This document shows, in pieces, positions 25,495 to 34,824 of a stretch of DNA of 64,000 nucleotides; the first letter of the stretch is position 1, and every line of letters starts with the position of its first letter. The notes under the pieces were generated by a model. That model saw nothing but the letters and a program-made list of their open reading frames with translations. It searched no databases and was not told the DNA's origin. Made by a program: the position numbers and the translations under genes. Source of the stretch: Flavobacteriales bacterium (GTDB taxonomy: Bacteria > Bacteroidota > Bacteroidia > Flavobacteriales > Flavobacteriaceae); contig JALVST010000102.1 of NCBI GenBank assembly GCA_027024205.1, positions 12,987-76,986 on the forward strand, given 5' to 3'.

Positions 25495-27027
25495 ATGAGA
25501 AAAATCAAAAATGTCGGTTTCTTTTTAGTCTTATTCTCAATTTTCCCCGTTCGACCGCAGTTCCCAAGTGACTACACACCTTATCAAAGTATTCCAGTGT
25601 CCACAGTACCTTTACTACCAGCTTATGGCGAAAGTGTAGTCGATAATTCAGTCCCTGACCCCATACAAATTACCCGTATTACGGAAGTTTATAATTATAT
25701 AGATAGTAACGGAAACCCGCAAGTTTGGTATCCTACGCATGAATATGCCAAAACGCAAGTATGGAATGCCGACCAAACTTTATATAAAATCCGTTCGTGG
25801 AAAGTTTACGATGCTACAACTTATCAAGAAGTGCAAGATATCTGGGTATCGTCACTATATCCTGCTTACTGGTCTAATGTCAATCCGGATATAATTTGGA
25901 GTTTTAAAGAAAACGGGGATATCAAGAAACATTTTATCTCGACCAATACTACACAATTAGTAGGGACTGTTACCAATTCTTCCGGCAATAGTTACGAGTA
26001 TGTAAAATTGGGTCCCGGAGAAGGTAACATGGACAAAAATGATCATTATGTGGCACTGGTCGGCAAAGACGGTTCGGATATGGATGTCATTATTTATGAT
26101 TTGCAAAATGCTCAAACCGTTTTTATAAAAAAATTTACAGGTTGCTGGCAAAACGGAGGTAGTAATTTTCCTCATTTTGTTGATTGGGTTTCAGTGTCTC
26201 AATCGGGCAATTATGTTGTTATTATGTGGGATCATAATACAACTTCACAGGCTAATCCTTACGTTGAAAACGGACAATCTCACTACGGTGTGGAAGTGTA
26301 TGACAGACAAAATATGCAATATTTGCGCCGCTTGATTCACTATGGCAATCACGGTGATTTGGGCTATGCCACTGATGGAGACGAAGTTTTGGTGCAATTT
26401 TACGGAACGCAACAAAACGGTTTATACATGTATAAACTCAATGGGAGTGGTACGATTACTATTATTCAAAACCCTGATTTTGGTGTTGACGGTCATGTCT
26501 CTTGTCGTAATCTCAACAGACCAGGTTGGGCATATATTACACATGCCGATGCAGCACAATCGGGACAAATGTTAGCGGTAAAATTGGATGATTCCGGGAC
26601 GGTTGAATATTTTGGTCATCATTATAGCAGTAATACCGATTATGAACAATCGCCTATGGCAACGGTTTCACCCAATGGTGATAAGATTTGTTTTAAGTCC
26701 GATTTCGGAACAGGCCCCAATACCAATCCATCTGTTGTATATAGCTTTTTTGCTAATTTATTACCTGCTTCATTTGTTGAAGACCGTCATTCAAACCAAA
26801 TACGTCTGTATCCGAATCCTGCCAAAAATTTTATCCGTATTCAATCAAAAGAAAATATCAAAAATGTCGGTATTTATAACATAACGGGACAAAAAATAAA
26901 AGAACAAAATATGATAAATTCAAAAAATGTGCTGATTGATATTCAAAATTTTGCTAATGGAATTTATCTTTTAAAACTAAAACCCGATAAAGGACCCGGG
27001 ATAAAAAGGATTGTGATAAAAAATTAA
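25495..27027 (+). CDS. T9SS-secreted protein, probable beta-propeller, with C-terminal sorting domain
   Basis: 510 aa with a signal peptide. The C-terminal ~80 aa are IRLYPNPAKNFIRIQ ... GIYLLKLKPD ... IVIKN. Contains a PD40-like SPNGDKICFKSDFG. Confidence 0.7.
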   Translation: MRKIKNVGFFLVLFSIFPVRPQFPSDYTPYQSIPVSTVPLLPAYGESVVDNSVPDPIQITRITEVYNYIDSNGNPQVWYPTHEYAKTQVWNADQTLYKIRSWKVYDATTYQEVQDIWVSSLYPAYWSNVNPDIIWSFKENGDIKKHFISTNTTQLVGTVTNSSGNSYEYVKLGPGEGNMDKNDHYVALVGKDGSDMDVIIYDLQNAQTVFIKKFTGCWQNGGSNFPHFVDWVSVSQSGNYVVIMWDHNTTSQANPYVENGQSHYGVEVYDRQNMQYLRRLIHYGNHGDLGYATDGDEVLVQFYGTQQNGLYMYKLNGSGTITIIQNPDFGVDGHVSCRNLNRPGWAYITHADAAQSGQMLAVKLDDSGTVEYFGHHYSSNTDYEQSPMATVSPNGDKICFKSDFGTGPNTNPSVVYSFFANLLPASFVEDRHSNQIRLYPNPAKNFIRIQSKENIKNVGIYNITGQKIKEQNMINSKNVLIDIQNFANGIYLLKLKPDKGPGIKRIVIKN

Positions 27028-27204
27028 GTAATGATATTGATAAAAGATTCAATATAGTTCAATTGATAGAACTGTTTTTGTATCGCGTCGGTATAACACT
27101 ATGTTTACGGGATGAATATTATTTGGTATCCGCATTAGCCATGCTAAAAAAATATAATAATACTCTGTCTATAAATAATTCATAGACAAAAGATTTTTTT
27201 TCTT

Positions 27205-27212
27205 TATATTTG
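27205..27212 (+). promoter_or_regulatory. -7 promoter box TATATTTG
   Basis: Matches TAnnTTTG, 13 nt upstream of the ATG at 27226. Confidence 0.5.
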
Positions 27213-27225
27213 TCTAAAAACCACT

Positions 27226-28509
27226 ATGAAAGAGTCTATTTTGATTATCGGGGCGGGGCCATCCGGTTTGGCAGCCTTAAAAGCCCTCTTGGAAGCGGGT
27301 TTTAAAAATATCAAAGCTGTAGATCGTAATGCCGCTGTCGGTGGCCTTTGGTTGGGTAAGAAAGGCAATCCTTTGTCACCCGTTTATGATTCTCTTAATA
27401 TCATAACGTCTAAAAAATTATCCAGTTTTTCAGATTTTCCCATGCCGGACGAATGGCAAGAATACATTCCGAATTACAGGGTATTGCAATATCATCAAAG
27501 TTATGCGGATCAATTTAATTTACATCCGTATATTCAGTTAAATACGGAAGTAAAAAACGTAAACCGGACAGGAAAAAAATCTTTTGAGGTAACTTATACC
27601 GGTGGTAATAAAGAAATTTTTAATTATGTCATAGTTGCCAACGGGCATCATTTTGCTCCCAATGTTATCAAATTACCCGGTAATTTTGAAGGCGAATTGC
27701 TTCACGCACAAGATTATATCAATCCACTTAAATGGAAAGATAAAAACGTCTTGATAATTGGAGCCGGAAACAGTGGTGCCGATATTGCTGCAGACACATG
27801 CAAATATGCAGTTAAAACACATGTCAGTTTGCGTCGTGGATATTATATTATTCCCAAATTTTCCTTTTTTGGCAAACCTTCCGATATGATTTATCAAAAA
27901 ATGTTGGCTTGGCAACCGCCTTTTTTCAAGAAAATATTTTCAAAATTTATCATTAGATTTTTTGTCGGTAAAGAAACTGATGCCGGTATGCTCAAACCGG
28001 ACCATGATATTTTTCAAACCCATCCTTTGGTCAATTCCGAATTAATGTATTTTCTCAAACATAACCGGATTTTTATCAAGCCGTCTATACGGAAAATAGA
28101 AGGTAAAACCGTTTATTTTTCAGATGGTTCTTCACAAGATTACGATGTTATTGTCATGGCAACCGGTTACAAAATATCGTTCCCGTTTTTTGAACAAGAA
28201 TTCATTGATACGTTTTATAAAGAAGATGGAATTTATCTTTATCAACTTGTTTTTCATCCCGGTTTTGAGGATATATTTTTTGTGGGATTAGTGCAACCGG
28301 ACGGTAATATTTGGATTCTATCCGAATTGCAATCCCGGTTAATAGCCAAAAAATTAAAAGGCAATTTTAAGTTGCCAAAAAATTTAAAACAACAAATTGA
28401 ACGGGAAGTCCGTCAGAGAAATCAAACATTTTTGTCCACCAAACGGCATCTTATCGAAGTGAATATTTATAAGTATCAAAAAATGCTAAAAAAACTTTTG
28501 AAACATTGA
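27226..28509 (+). CDS. flavin-containing monooxygenase (FMO-type)
   Basis: 427 aa with GAGPSG (FAD), FEGELLHAQDY (the FxGxxxHxxxY FMO motif) and GAGNSGADIA (NADPH). Confidence 0.85.
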   Translation: MKESILIIGAGPSGLAALKALLEAGFKNIKAVDRNAAVGGLWLGKKGNPLSPVYDSLNIITSKKLSSFSDFPMPDEWQEYIPNYRVLQYHQSYADQFNLHPYIQLNTEVKNVNRTGKKSFEVTYTGGNKEIFNYVIVANGHHFAPNVIKLPGNFEGELLHAQDYINPLKWKDKNVLIIGAGNSGADIAADTCKYAVKTHVSLRRGYYIIPKFSFFGKPSDMIYQKMLAWQPPFFKKIFSKFIIRFFVGKETDAGMLKPDHDIFQTHPLVNSELMYFLKHNRIFIKPSIRKIEGKTVYFSDGSSQDYDVIVMATGYKISFPFFEQEFIDTFYKEDGIYLYQLVFHPGFEDIFFVGLVQPDGNIWILSELQSRLIAKKLKGNFKLPKNLKQQIEREVRQRNQTFLSTKRHLIEVNIYKYQKMLKKLLKH

Positions 28510-29324
28510 ACAAGACTTCAAAAATAGTGTTTTTGACCGGTTGCGGTAGCGGTATCGGGAAACATTTGGCTCAAAGTTTTTATAAGCGCGGGTATAAGGT
28601 TATAGCAACCGATATTGATGTCCAAAAGTTGGATTACACTTCCCATTGGGATAAGGACAGAAAATTAATTGCCAAATTGGACGTGACCCAAATTTCGGAC
28701 TGGAAAAACGCCATTGATTTGCTAAAAAACAAATGGAACGATTTGGATATTATGATTAATAATGCCGGCATCCTTGTTACTGATTATTTTTACGACATAA
28801 AAAACATAAAAGATATTGATAATCAAATAGACATAAATCTTAAAGGTACTATTTACGGCACACATTTTATTTTGCCTTTTTTGCTGAAAAAACAAGACGG
28901 TATCATTATAAACATATCTTCGTTAGCCGGTGTAGCCCCCATTCCGGGTATGAGTATTTATAGTGCTTCTAAATATGGTGTCCGGGGTTTCACATTAGCT
29001 ATTGCACCGGAATTGGCCGGTAAAGGTATTAAAGTATATAATATTTCGCCCGATGCGGTAAATACGCCGTTAGTTGACGGCGTTAAGCACAAAAAAGCGA
29101 GTAATTTGTTGTTTTCCGGTGTTCTGTTAAGTCCACAAGATATTGAAAAGGTGGTGTTTAAATTATTGAAAAAACCGGCTCGTAGAGAAATTTTGTTGCC
29201 TTGGTGGCGTGCCGTATTAGCCCGGTTCGGTAATTGTTTTCCTTACATCTCTTCTGCTATGGCCGGTTGGTTAGATAAATACGGTAATAAAAAAAGAAAG
29301 AAATATCAAAATCAAACAAATTAA
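28506..29324 (+). CDS. SDR family oxidoreductase
   Basis: 272 aa with TGCGSGIG, NNAG and YSASK motifs. The TTG start overlaps the FMO stop (ATTGA). No nearby ATG. Confidence 0.85.
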   Translation: MNKTSKIVFLTGCGSGIGKHLAQSFYKRGYKVIATDIDVQKLDYTSHWDKDRKLIAKLDVTQISDWKNAIDLLKNKWNDLDIMINNAGILVTDYFYDIKNIKDIDNQIDINLKGTIYGTHFILPFLLKKQDGIIINISSLAGVAPIPGMSIYSASKYGVRGFTLAIAPELAGKGIKVYNISPDAVNTPLVDGVKHKKASNLLFSGVLLSPQDIEKVVFKLLKKPARREILLPWWRAVLARFGNCFPYISSAMAGWLDKYGNKKRKKYQNQTN

Positions 29325-29395
29325 TTCCTTATTGTTTCAAATTAGATTTGAAAAATTGGAATTTATAATAGGTAGGCATTCATCAAAAATTAAAG

Positions 29396-29436
29396 TATTA
29401 ATAAAAACCAGTCAACCTTATTCAGGGATTTACAAC
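29396..29436. repeat. intergenic repeat module A (AACCTTATTCAGG core)
   Basis: 37/41 identical to the reverse complement of 56333-56373. Confidence 0.8.
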
Positions 29437-29717
29437 TTTCAACTTAGATTACTGAACTCGTCGAAATATCAACTCTAATATCCTCATTCCTCAATTTCAA
29501 AACCCGTTCATTTCGATATCTCCCGTTCCCCTGACAGTTGTTGAGAGGAGGAGGGCGGGATACTCAATGACCTGGTCTTTACTCTTCATTTCCTCACTTA
29601 CTCAATATCAATAATGAATATATGGTTTATAAAAGAAACAATCATCAACAAGAGAAATATTATATTCTATGAGTTGAAAAAAAAAATTCATTTCAAAAAT
29701 ATCCCGTTACTTTTTAT

Positions 29718-29725
29718 TAAATTTG
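29718..29725 (+). promoter_or_regulatory. -7 promoter box TAAATTTG
   Basis: Matches TAnnTTTG, 27 nt upstream of pruA. Confidence 0.45.
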
Positions 29726-29752
29726 TTTCATAAAAAAATAAAAACTTAAATT

Positions 29753-31378
29753 ATGGCAACAGGATTTTTTAAAACGGATAAAGTTACTAACGAACCGGTT
29801 TTATCATATGCCCCCGGCACGCCGGAAAGGGAAGAAGTTTTGAAGGTTTACAAGGACCTTTGGAACCAACAAATAGAAGTGCCGTTATATATAAACGGGC
29901 AAAGGGTTTACACGGGAAAAACCAAAGAAATAACGCCGCCACATGACCATCAACATGTTATCGGGGTTTATCACAAAGCCACAAAAGACGATGTTCAAAA
30001 AGCCATTGAAACGGCATTGGCTGCCCGTGAAAAATGGGCAAATATGGATTGGCAAGACCGTGTTTCCATTTTTTTAAAAGCAGCTGATTTAATCAGTGGG
30101 CCTTATCGAGCCAAGATGAATGCCGCGACGATGTTGGGACAATCCAAAACCATTTTCCAAGCAGAAATTGATGCCGTAGCGGAATTGGCGGATTTTTGGC
30201 GGTTTAATGCCAAATATCTGCAAAAAATTTATGCCGAACAACCGGAATCCGCACCCGGCATTTGGAACCGGATGGAATATCGCCCTTTGGAAGGTTTTGT
30301 GTATGCCGTGACGCCGTTTAATTTTACTTCGATAGCCGGTAATTTACCGACTTCTCCTGCAATGGCAGGAAATGTGGTCGTGTGGAAACCTTCTTCTACG
30401 CAAATGTATTCGGCTAAAATGATAATCGATATTTTGGAGGAAGCCGGATTACCGGCCGGTGTTATCAATATGGTAGCCGGTAGTGCAACAATGATTACCG
30501 GAGAAGTATTAAACAGTCCCGATTTTGCAGGTATTCATTTTACCGGTTCTACCGATGTATTCCAATATTTGTGGAAAAAAATAGGCGAAAATATTGCCAA
30601 TTACAAAACATATCCGCGTATAGTAGGGGAGACCGGCGGTAAAGATTTTGTTTGGATGTACAGGGATGCCGATCCCAAAGCCGTGGCTACCGCTTTGACT
30701 CGAGGGGCTTTTGAATATCAAGGACAAAAATGTTCGGCGGCTTCACGGGCTTATATCCCCGAAAGTCAATGGCAAGCCGTCTTTGACGAACTTAAAAAAC
30801 AAACGGACAGTATCAAGATGGGAAACCCGGTTGATATGTCCAATTTTATGACGGCGGTTATCAGCAAAAGTGCTTTTAACAAAATTACCGGTTATATCGA
30901 TGATGCCAAAAAAGACAAGGATGTTGAAATCGTTATTGGTGGCGGTTATGACGACAGTAAAGGTTATTTTATAGAGCCGACAGTGATTTTGACCAAAGAC
31001 CCGCACTATGTGACTATGGAAGAAGAATTGTTCGGACCGGTTTTGACCGTTTATGTTTATAAAGATGACGAGTGGCGTGACAGTTTGGAATTGGTTGACA
31101 AAACATCGCCTTACGGTTTGACGGGTGCTATCTTTGCCAAAGACCGTTATGTGATAGCCGAAGCGAGCAAAAAGCTGGAAAATGCCGCCGGTAATTTCTA
31201 TATCAATGACAAACCGACCGGAGCTGTGGTCAATCAACAACCTTTTGGCGGCGCCCGTGGTTCGGGAACAAACGATAAAGCCGGTAGTATGTGGAATTTA
31301 ATCCGCTGGATGTCCGTGAGGTCTATCAAAGAAAATTTCAATCCGCCGACGGATTACCGGTATCCTTTTATGGGGTAG
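29753..31378 (+). CDS. pruA: L-glutamate gamma-semialdehyde (1-pyrroline-5-carboxylate) dehydrogenase
   Basis: 541 aa aldehyde dehydrogenase with GETGGKDF and GQKCSA catalytic motifs and the typical P5CDH N-terminus. Confidence 0.9.
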   Translation: MATGFFKTDKVTNEPVLSYAPGTPEREEVLKVYKDLWNQQIEVPLYINGQRVYTGKTKEITPPHDHQHVIGVYHKATKDDVQKAIETALAAREKWANMDWQDRVSIFLKAADLISGPYRAKMNAATMLGQSKTIFQAEIDAVAELADFWRFNAKYLQKIYAEQPESAPGIWNRMEYRPLEGFVYAVTPFNFTSIAGNLPTSPAMAGNVVVWKPSSTQMYSAKMIIDILEEAGLPAGVINMVAGSATMITGEVLNSPDFAGIHFTGSTDVFQYLWKKIGENIANYKTYPRIVGETGGKDFVWMYRDADPKAVATALTRGAFEYQGQKCSAASRAYIPESQWQAVFDELKKQTDSIKMGNPVDMSNFMTAVISKSAFNKITGYIDDAKKDKDVEIVIGGGYDDSKGYFIEPTVILTKDPHYVTMEEELFGPVLTVYVYKDDEWRDSLELVDKTSPYGLTGAIFAKDRYVIAEASKKLENAAGNFYINDKPTGAVVNQQPFGGARGSGTNDKAGSMWNLIRWMSVRSIKENFNPPTDYRYPFMG

Positions 31379-31479
31379 ATAGCTTAGTTGAAAGTTCAAT
31401 GTTACACTTCGACAAGCTCAGTGACCTAAGTTGAATGTTCGTAATGTAGCAAATCAACCAAAAGAAAATAAAAAATGAC

Positions 31480-31515
31480 CGGCGAGAAATCAAGATTTCT
31501 CGCCGATTGTTTATT
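31480..31515 (+). terminator. intrinsic terminator
   Basis: CGGCGAGAAAT-caag-ATTTCTCGCCG followed by ATTGTTTATT. Confidence 0.65.
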
Positions 31516-31670
31516 AAAGTTTTAAAGCAGAATTAATAAGAATATGTTTGGTATGATGCATCAATTTACTTTACTAAGCGACATTTATATTAATTGAAAA
31601 TTGATATTTCTGTAAGATAAGTAATCGATTAAATGATAATAGAAAATTTTTCTGACATCAAACATAAAAC

Positions 31671-32243
31671 TCATTCCCCAATCCTGAAAATCTTAGCTTT
31701 TAAACTCAAATAATTTTGTCCGTCTAAGTTCAGGTACAGAATTTTAAAATAGACTTTGGCTTTGGTTTGAACACTTTGACGCTGTCCTCTACGGTAAAGA
31801 AAATAGTAGAGGCGGTAAGTTGCCAATATCTCGTCATTTTCTTGGCTTTCAAAGTTTTGAAATGACAACGAATGTAATTTAAGACTATCGGGAGACTGAA
31901 TAGCCGATTGTTGCAAAAATGTTTTGGCATTTTCCGGTTTGAGCCACAATTTTTGCGCATTTTGAGCCGTAAAATTCAGAAAGTCTTCCCGAGCTTGGGT
32001 TTGTTTGGTCAAATTGATCATGTCAAAAAACCGGGTGATGGTTTGTTTGGCCAATTCGTCAAAATTTTCTTGTGAGAGGCTGTCTTGAACTTGATTAGCA
32101 TTCTGTTTTACAGGTAGAATTTGCTTGTCAAAATGTTGTTTAACGCTTTGATTTATAGCTGGTTTTTGAGTAACTTTTATCCCGTCTTTATTGCCGCCAC
32201 AAGAAAAGCTCAATAATAATAATATGTATGTAAATTTTTTCAT
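31671..32243 (-). CDS. hypothetical lipoprotein
   Basis: The ATG at 32243 gives MKKFTYILLLLSFSCGG. An ATGA overlap couples it to the upstream gene's stop. Confidence 0.55.
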   Translation of the reverse strand: MKKFTYILLLLSFSCGGNKDGIKVTQKPAINQSVKQHFDKQILPVKQNANQVQDSLSQENFDELAKQTITRFFDMINLTKQTQAREDFLNFTAQNAQKLWLKPENAKTFLQQSAIQSPDSLKLHSLSFQNFESQENDEILATYRLYYFLYRRGQRQSVQTKAKVYFKILYLNLDGQNYLSLKAKIFRIGE

Positions 32244-33145
32244 CAATCTTTTTTTATTCGAAATCGTAATTTGATAATTTTTGAATTTCGGTAAACAATT
32301 TCCAAAATTTCCATATTTCTTAACCAACCTGTTGGAATGCAAAGTTGATCAATAAATTCTTGTTTGTCAAATAGTTCAATACCTTCTTTTTGCGGTAATT
32401 GTTGAAAAATCATAGCGCTATCGGCAATAAACTTTTGCAAACGCTTGCGACGTTTTTGCCAGTCATTAGTATCCGATTGTGAGTAATGTTGTAAGAGTAA
32501 GGCAATCAAATCGGGATGTAAGTCTATGGTTTCGGTATAATCGCTATACGGAATTTTACGTTTAATTAACTTATCAACATAGTATGGTGATGTAATCCTT
32601 AGTTGGACTTCGTCCAAGCCGGTGCTAAACACTACACAATGATTATTTAGAGTTAAATTTTTTTCCGATTCGTCCGGTAAAATCAAACTGACGTGAATTT
32701 GCTCATCTGTTTCACTAGTCAGACTGTTTAAGCAAAACCGTACCTGTTTTTTGGCTGGTCGCATCAGGTAAAACCCAGACGCTAAAACAATCAAACTCAA
32801 AAACAAACTTTTAATTAAAAAACGATTCTTTTTAGGATTTTGTTTTACAGAAGCTTTTAGATTTTTCTGTTTAAAATCCGCCCAATTTTGATAACCGGCA
32901 TAAGCTGACAGCAAGTTTAATATATCAATGCGTGGTAGTTTATCCGGTGTGTTTTTAAAATATGTATAAAACCATTTTTCACTGACCCGCCCTTTGACTT
33001 TTTGTAACAAATCTTCTTGAAACCGGGCGATATCATCTCCTTTCCAATGCTTATAATCCTTAGAAGAAGCCGGATTTTCTTTTAAAAAACGCCGTGCTAC
33101 CGCATCTTTAAGCCGGTCAAATAATATGAGTGCAGATTCTTTCAA
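32243..33145 (-). CDS. single-pass membrane protein with a cytoplasmic HTH-like N-domain
   Basis: 300 aa. The N-terminal ~105 aa include VSEKWFYTYFKNTPDKLPRIDILNLLSAYAGYQNWADF. The TM helix is FLIKSLFLSLIVLASGFYLM, followed by about 170 aa outside the membrane. Confidence 0.5.
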   Translation of the reverse strand: MKESALILFDRLKDAVARRFLKENPASSKDYKHWKGDDIARFQEDLLQKVKGRVSEKWFYTYFKNTPDKLPRIDILNLLSAYAGYQNWADFKQKNLKASVKQNPKKNRFLIKSLFLSLIVLASGFYLMRPAKKQVRFCLNSLTSETDEQIHVSLILPDESEKNLTLNNHCVVFSTGLDEVQLRITSPYYVDKLIKRKIPYSDYTETIDLHPDLIALLLQHYSQSDTNDWQKRRKRLQKFIADSAMIFQQLPQKEGIELFDKQEFIDQLCIPTGWLRNMEILEIVYRNSKIIKLRFRIKKD

Positions 33146-33257
33146 ATTTTAATCTATTGATAATCAATATTTTGAATTATTACAACGAATTTACAAAGCA
33201 TTTACAAGCTATATACAAAAATCATTCCGTCAGTGGCAATAGGTTTGCTTAACATTA

Positions 33258-33350
33258 GTTGAAAGAGAAAAGTGGCAAAGTGGAAAGTGCGAAGGTAAAT
33301 AACAAATGTACTTGGCACTTTCCACTAGGCACTAGAAAAAAACTTTCAAC
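33258..33350. repeat. long imperfect palindrome built from heptad units
   Basis: GTTGAAAGAGAAAAGTGGCAAAGTGGAAAGTGCGAAG (33258-33294) faces CTTGGCACTTTCCACTAGGCACTAGAAAAAAACTTTCAAC (33311-33350). Confidence 0.75.
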
Positions 33351-33427
33351 TTTTAACTCAGGTTACTGAGCCTGTCGAAGTACAACTTTCAACTCAAATA
33401 AACAAATAACCATAAAAATTAAATATT

Positions 33428-34144
33428 ATGAAACCGAAAAAGAACAAAAAAGCAGATTTAAACAATTACACGAGTACTTTTATGCTGATTGGCTTAACGG
33501 TCAGTTTATTTGTTGCCTTGTTGGCTATTAATGTGAAAACGGCTGTGCCTGAAATTGATTTAGAGACCGTTGATTTGGCAAAAGCGGATATTGATGAGAC
33601 GAAAGTCGTCATAGTTGAAGATATAAAACCTAAAGTGCCAAAACCTAAACCACGGATTTTAAGGGAATTAAAAATTGAAAAAGACGATTCAAAAAAAGCG
33701 GAAGATGAATTATTACCTACAGAACCTGACGACGACAAACCTGTTGACATTGATTCCATTGAAACAGTGATTGTTGATGACACTGACGTTGACGTAATTT
33801 GGACACTTGTAGAACGTGTGCCGACTTTTCCCGGCTGTAAAGGGAATAACGAACAGCTAAAAAAATGTTTAAGTGAAAAAATAAGTCGTTTTATTAGCAG
33901 GCATTTCAATACAGGCATTGCCGAAGATTTGGGTTTATCAGGTGAGCGGGTAAGAATTATGACCATGTTTACCATTGATAAAAACGGGGACATTGTCAAT
34001 ATCAAAACGCGTTCAAAATACAAAGATTTGGAAAACGAAGCCCGGAGAGTGATACAAAAATTACCCAAAATGCAACCCGGCAAGCAACGTGACAGACCGG
34101 TTAATGTTACCTATTCTTTACCGATTGTGTTTAATGTCCAATAA
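33428..34144 (+). CDS. energy transducer TonB
   Basis: 238 aa. N-terminal TM helix, a charged/Pro-rich linker (KPKVPKPKPR) and a C-terminal TonB domain (VERVPTFPGC ... VTYSLPIVF). Confidence 0.8.
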   Translation: MKPKKNKKADLNNYTSTFMLIGLTVSLFVALLAINVKTAVPEIDLETVDLAKADIDETKVVIVEDIKPKVPKPKPRILRELKIEKDDSKKAEDELLPTEPDDDKPVDIDSIETVIVDDTDVDVIWTLVERVPTFPGCKGNNEQLKKCLSEKISRFISRHFNTGIAEDLGLSGERVRIMTMFTIDKNGDIVNIKTRSKYKDLENEARRVIQKLPKMQPGKQRDRPVNVTYSLPIVFNVQ

Positions 34145-34257
34145 ACTTATGCTTTTTTCAAACATCAAAAAACCGGTGGCAATATGGTAAAACTTTACGG
34201 AAAATACAGCCGGAATTAAAAAACGGTTTTAAATATTTGAACTTTTTAGATATCTAT

Positions 34258-34803
34258 TTAATCGTTGTCGCCGGTTTTAATGATGTTTATCAGTGATTCC
34301 ATTTGCGATTCATCTATTTTTTTGATATGTTTGGTTGCTTTGACTATACTGTTAATATTGACATCATTACCTTTGAGCATACCTATTAAGAAGTTATAAT
34401 CTTTATCTTTTCCAAGGAAAACGACTTCATCTATACTGTCCGGTTCTCCTTGATACGAAAAGACGATTTCATAGCCTTTATTATTGATTTTTGTCAAAGT
34501 TTTATAGTGTTTACTTTTGATAATTTTAGCGGCTCTTTCAAATTCGGCTTGTTTTTTGTTATGATCGAAATTGTTTTTATAGACCAAGACATTCATTTTT
34601 TTGATGGAATGAATATCTTTAAGTGTACCGGGGTCTAACTTGATTTCGTCAAAACTAACAATACTGGCCGGGATATTGATAACGAAGAAATCGGGACTTT
34701 CGGTAGCTTGAACAAAATAATCTTCCATCGGGTCAGTTTTACAAGCCGACATGAAAAGTAATAATAAACTCAAAACCAATATGTTACTTATTTTTTTAAA
34801 CAT
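34258..34803 (-). CDS. DUF4252-like lipoprotein
   Basis: 181 aa with lipobox FMSAC, in the ECF-sigma operon context. Confidence 0.65.
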   Translation of the reverse strand: MFKKISNILVLSLLLLFMSACKTDPMEDYFVQATESPDFFVINIPASIVSFDEIKLDPGTLKDIHSIKKMNVLVYKNNFDHNKKQAEFERAAKIIKSKHYKTLTKINNKGYEIVFSYQGEPDSIDEVVFLGKDKDYNFLIGMLKGNDVNINSIVKATKHIKKIDESQMESLINIIKTGDND

Positions 34804-34824
34804 TGCCGGATATTTTTAAAGCGA

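Noticed and set aside
28506-28520. Concern that the SDR gene lacks a start codon (pseudogene?)
   Set aside because: The TTG at 28506 overlaps the FMO stop (ATTGA) and gives a normal distance to the TGxxxGIG motif. Translational coupling is the simpler explanation.
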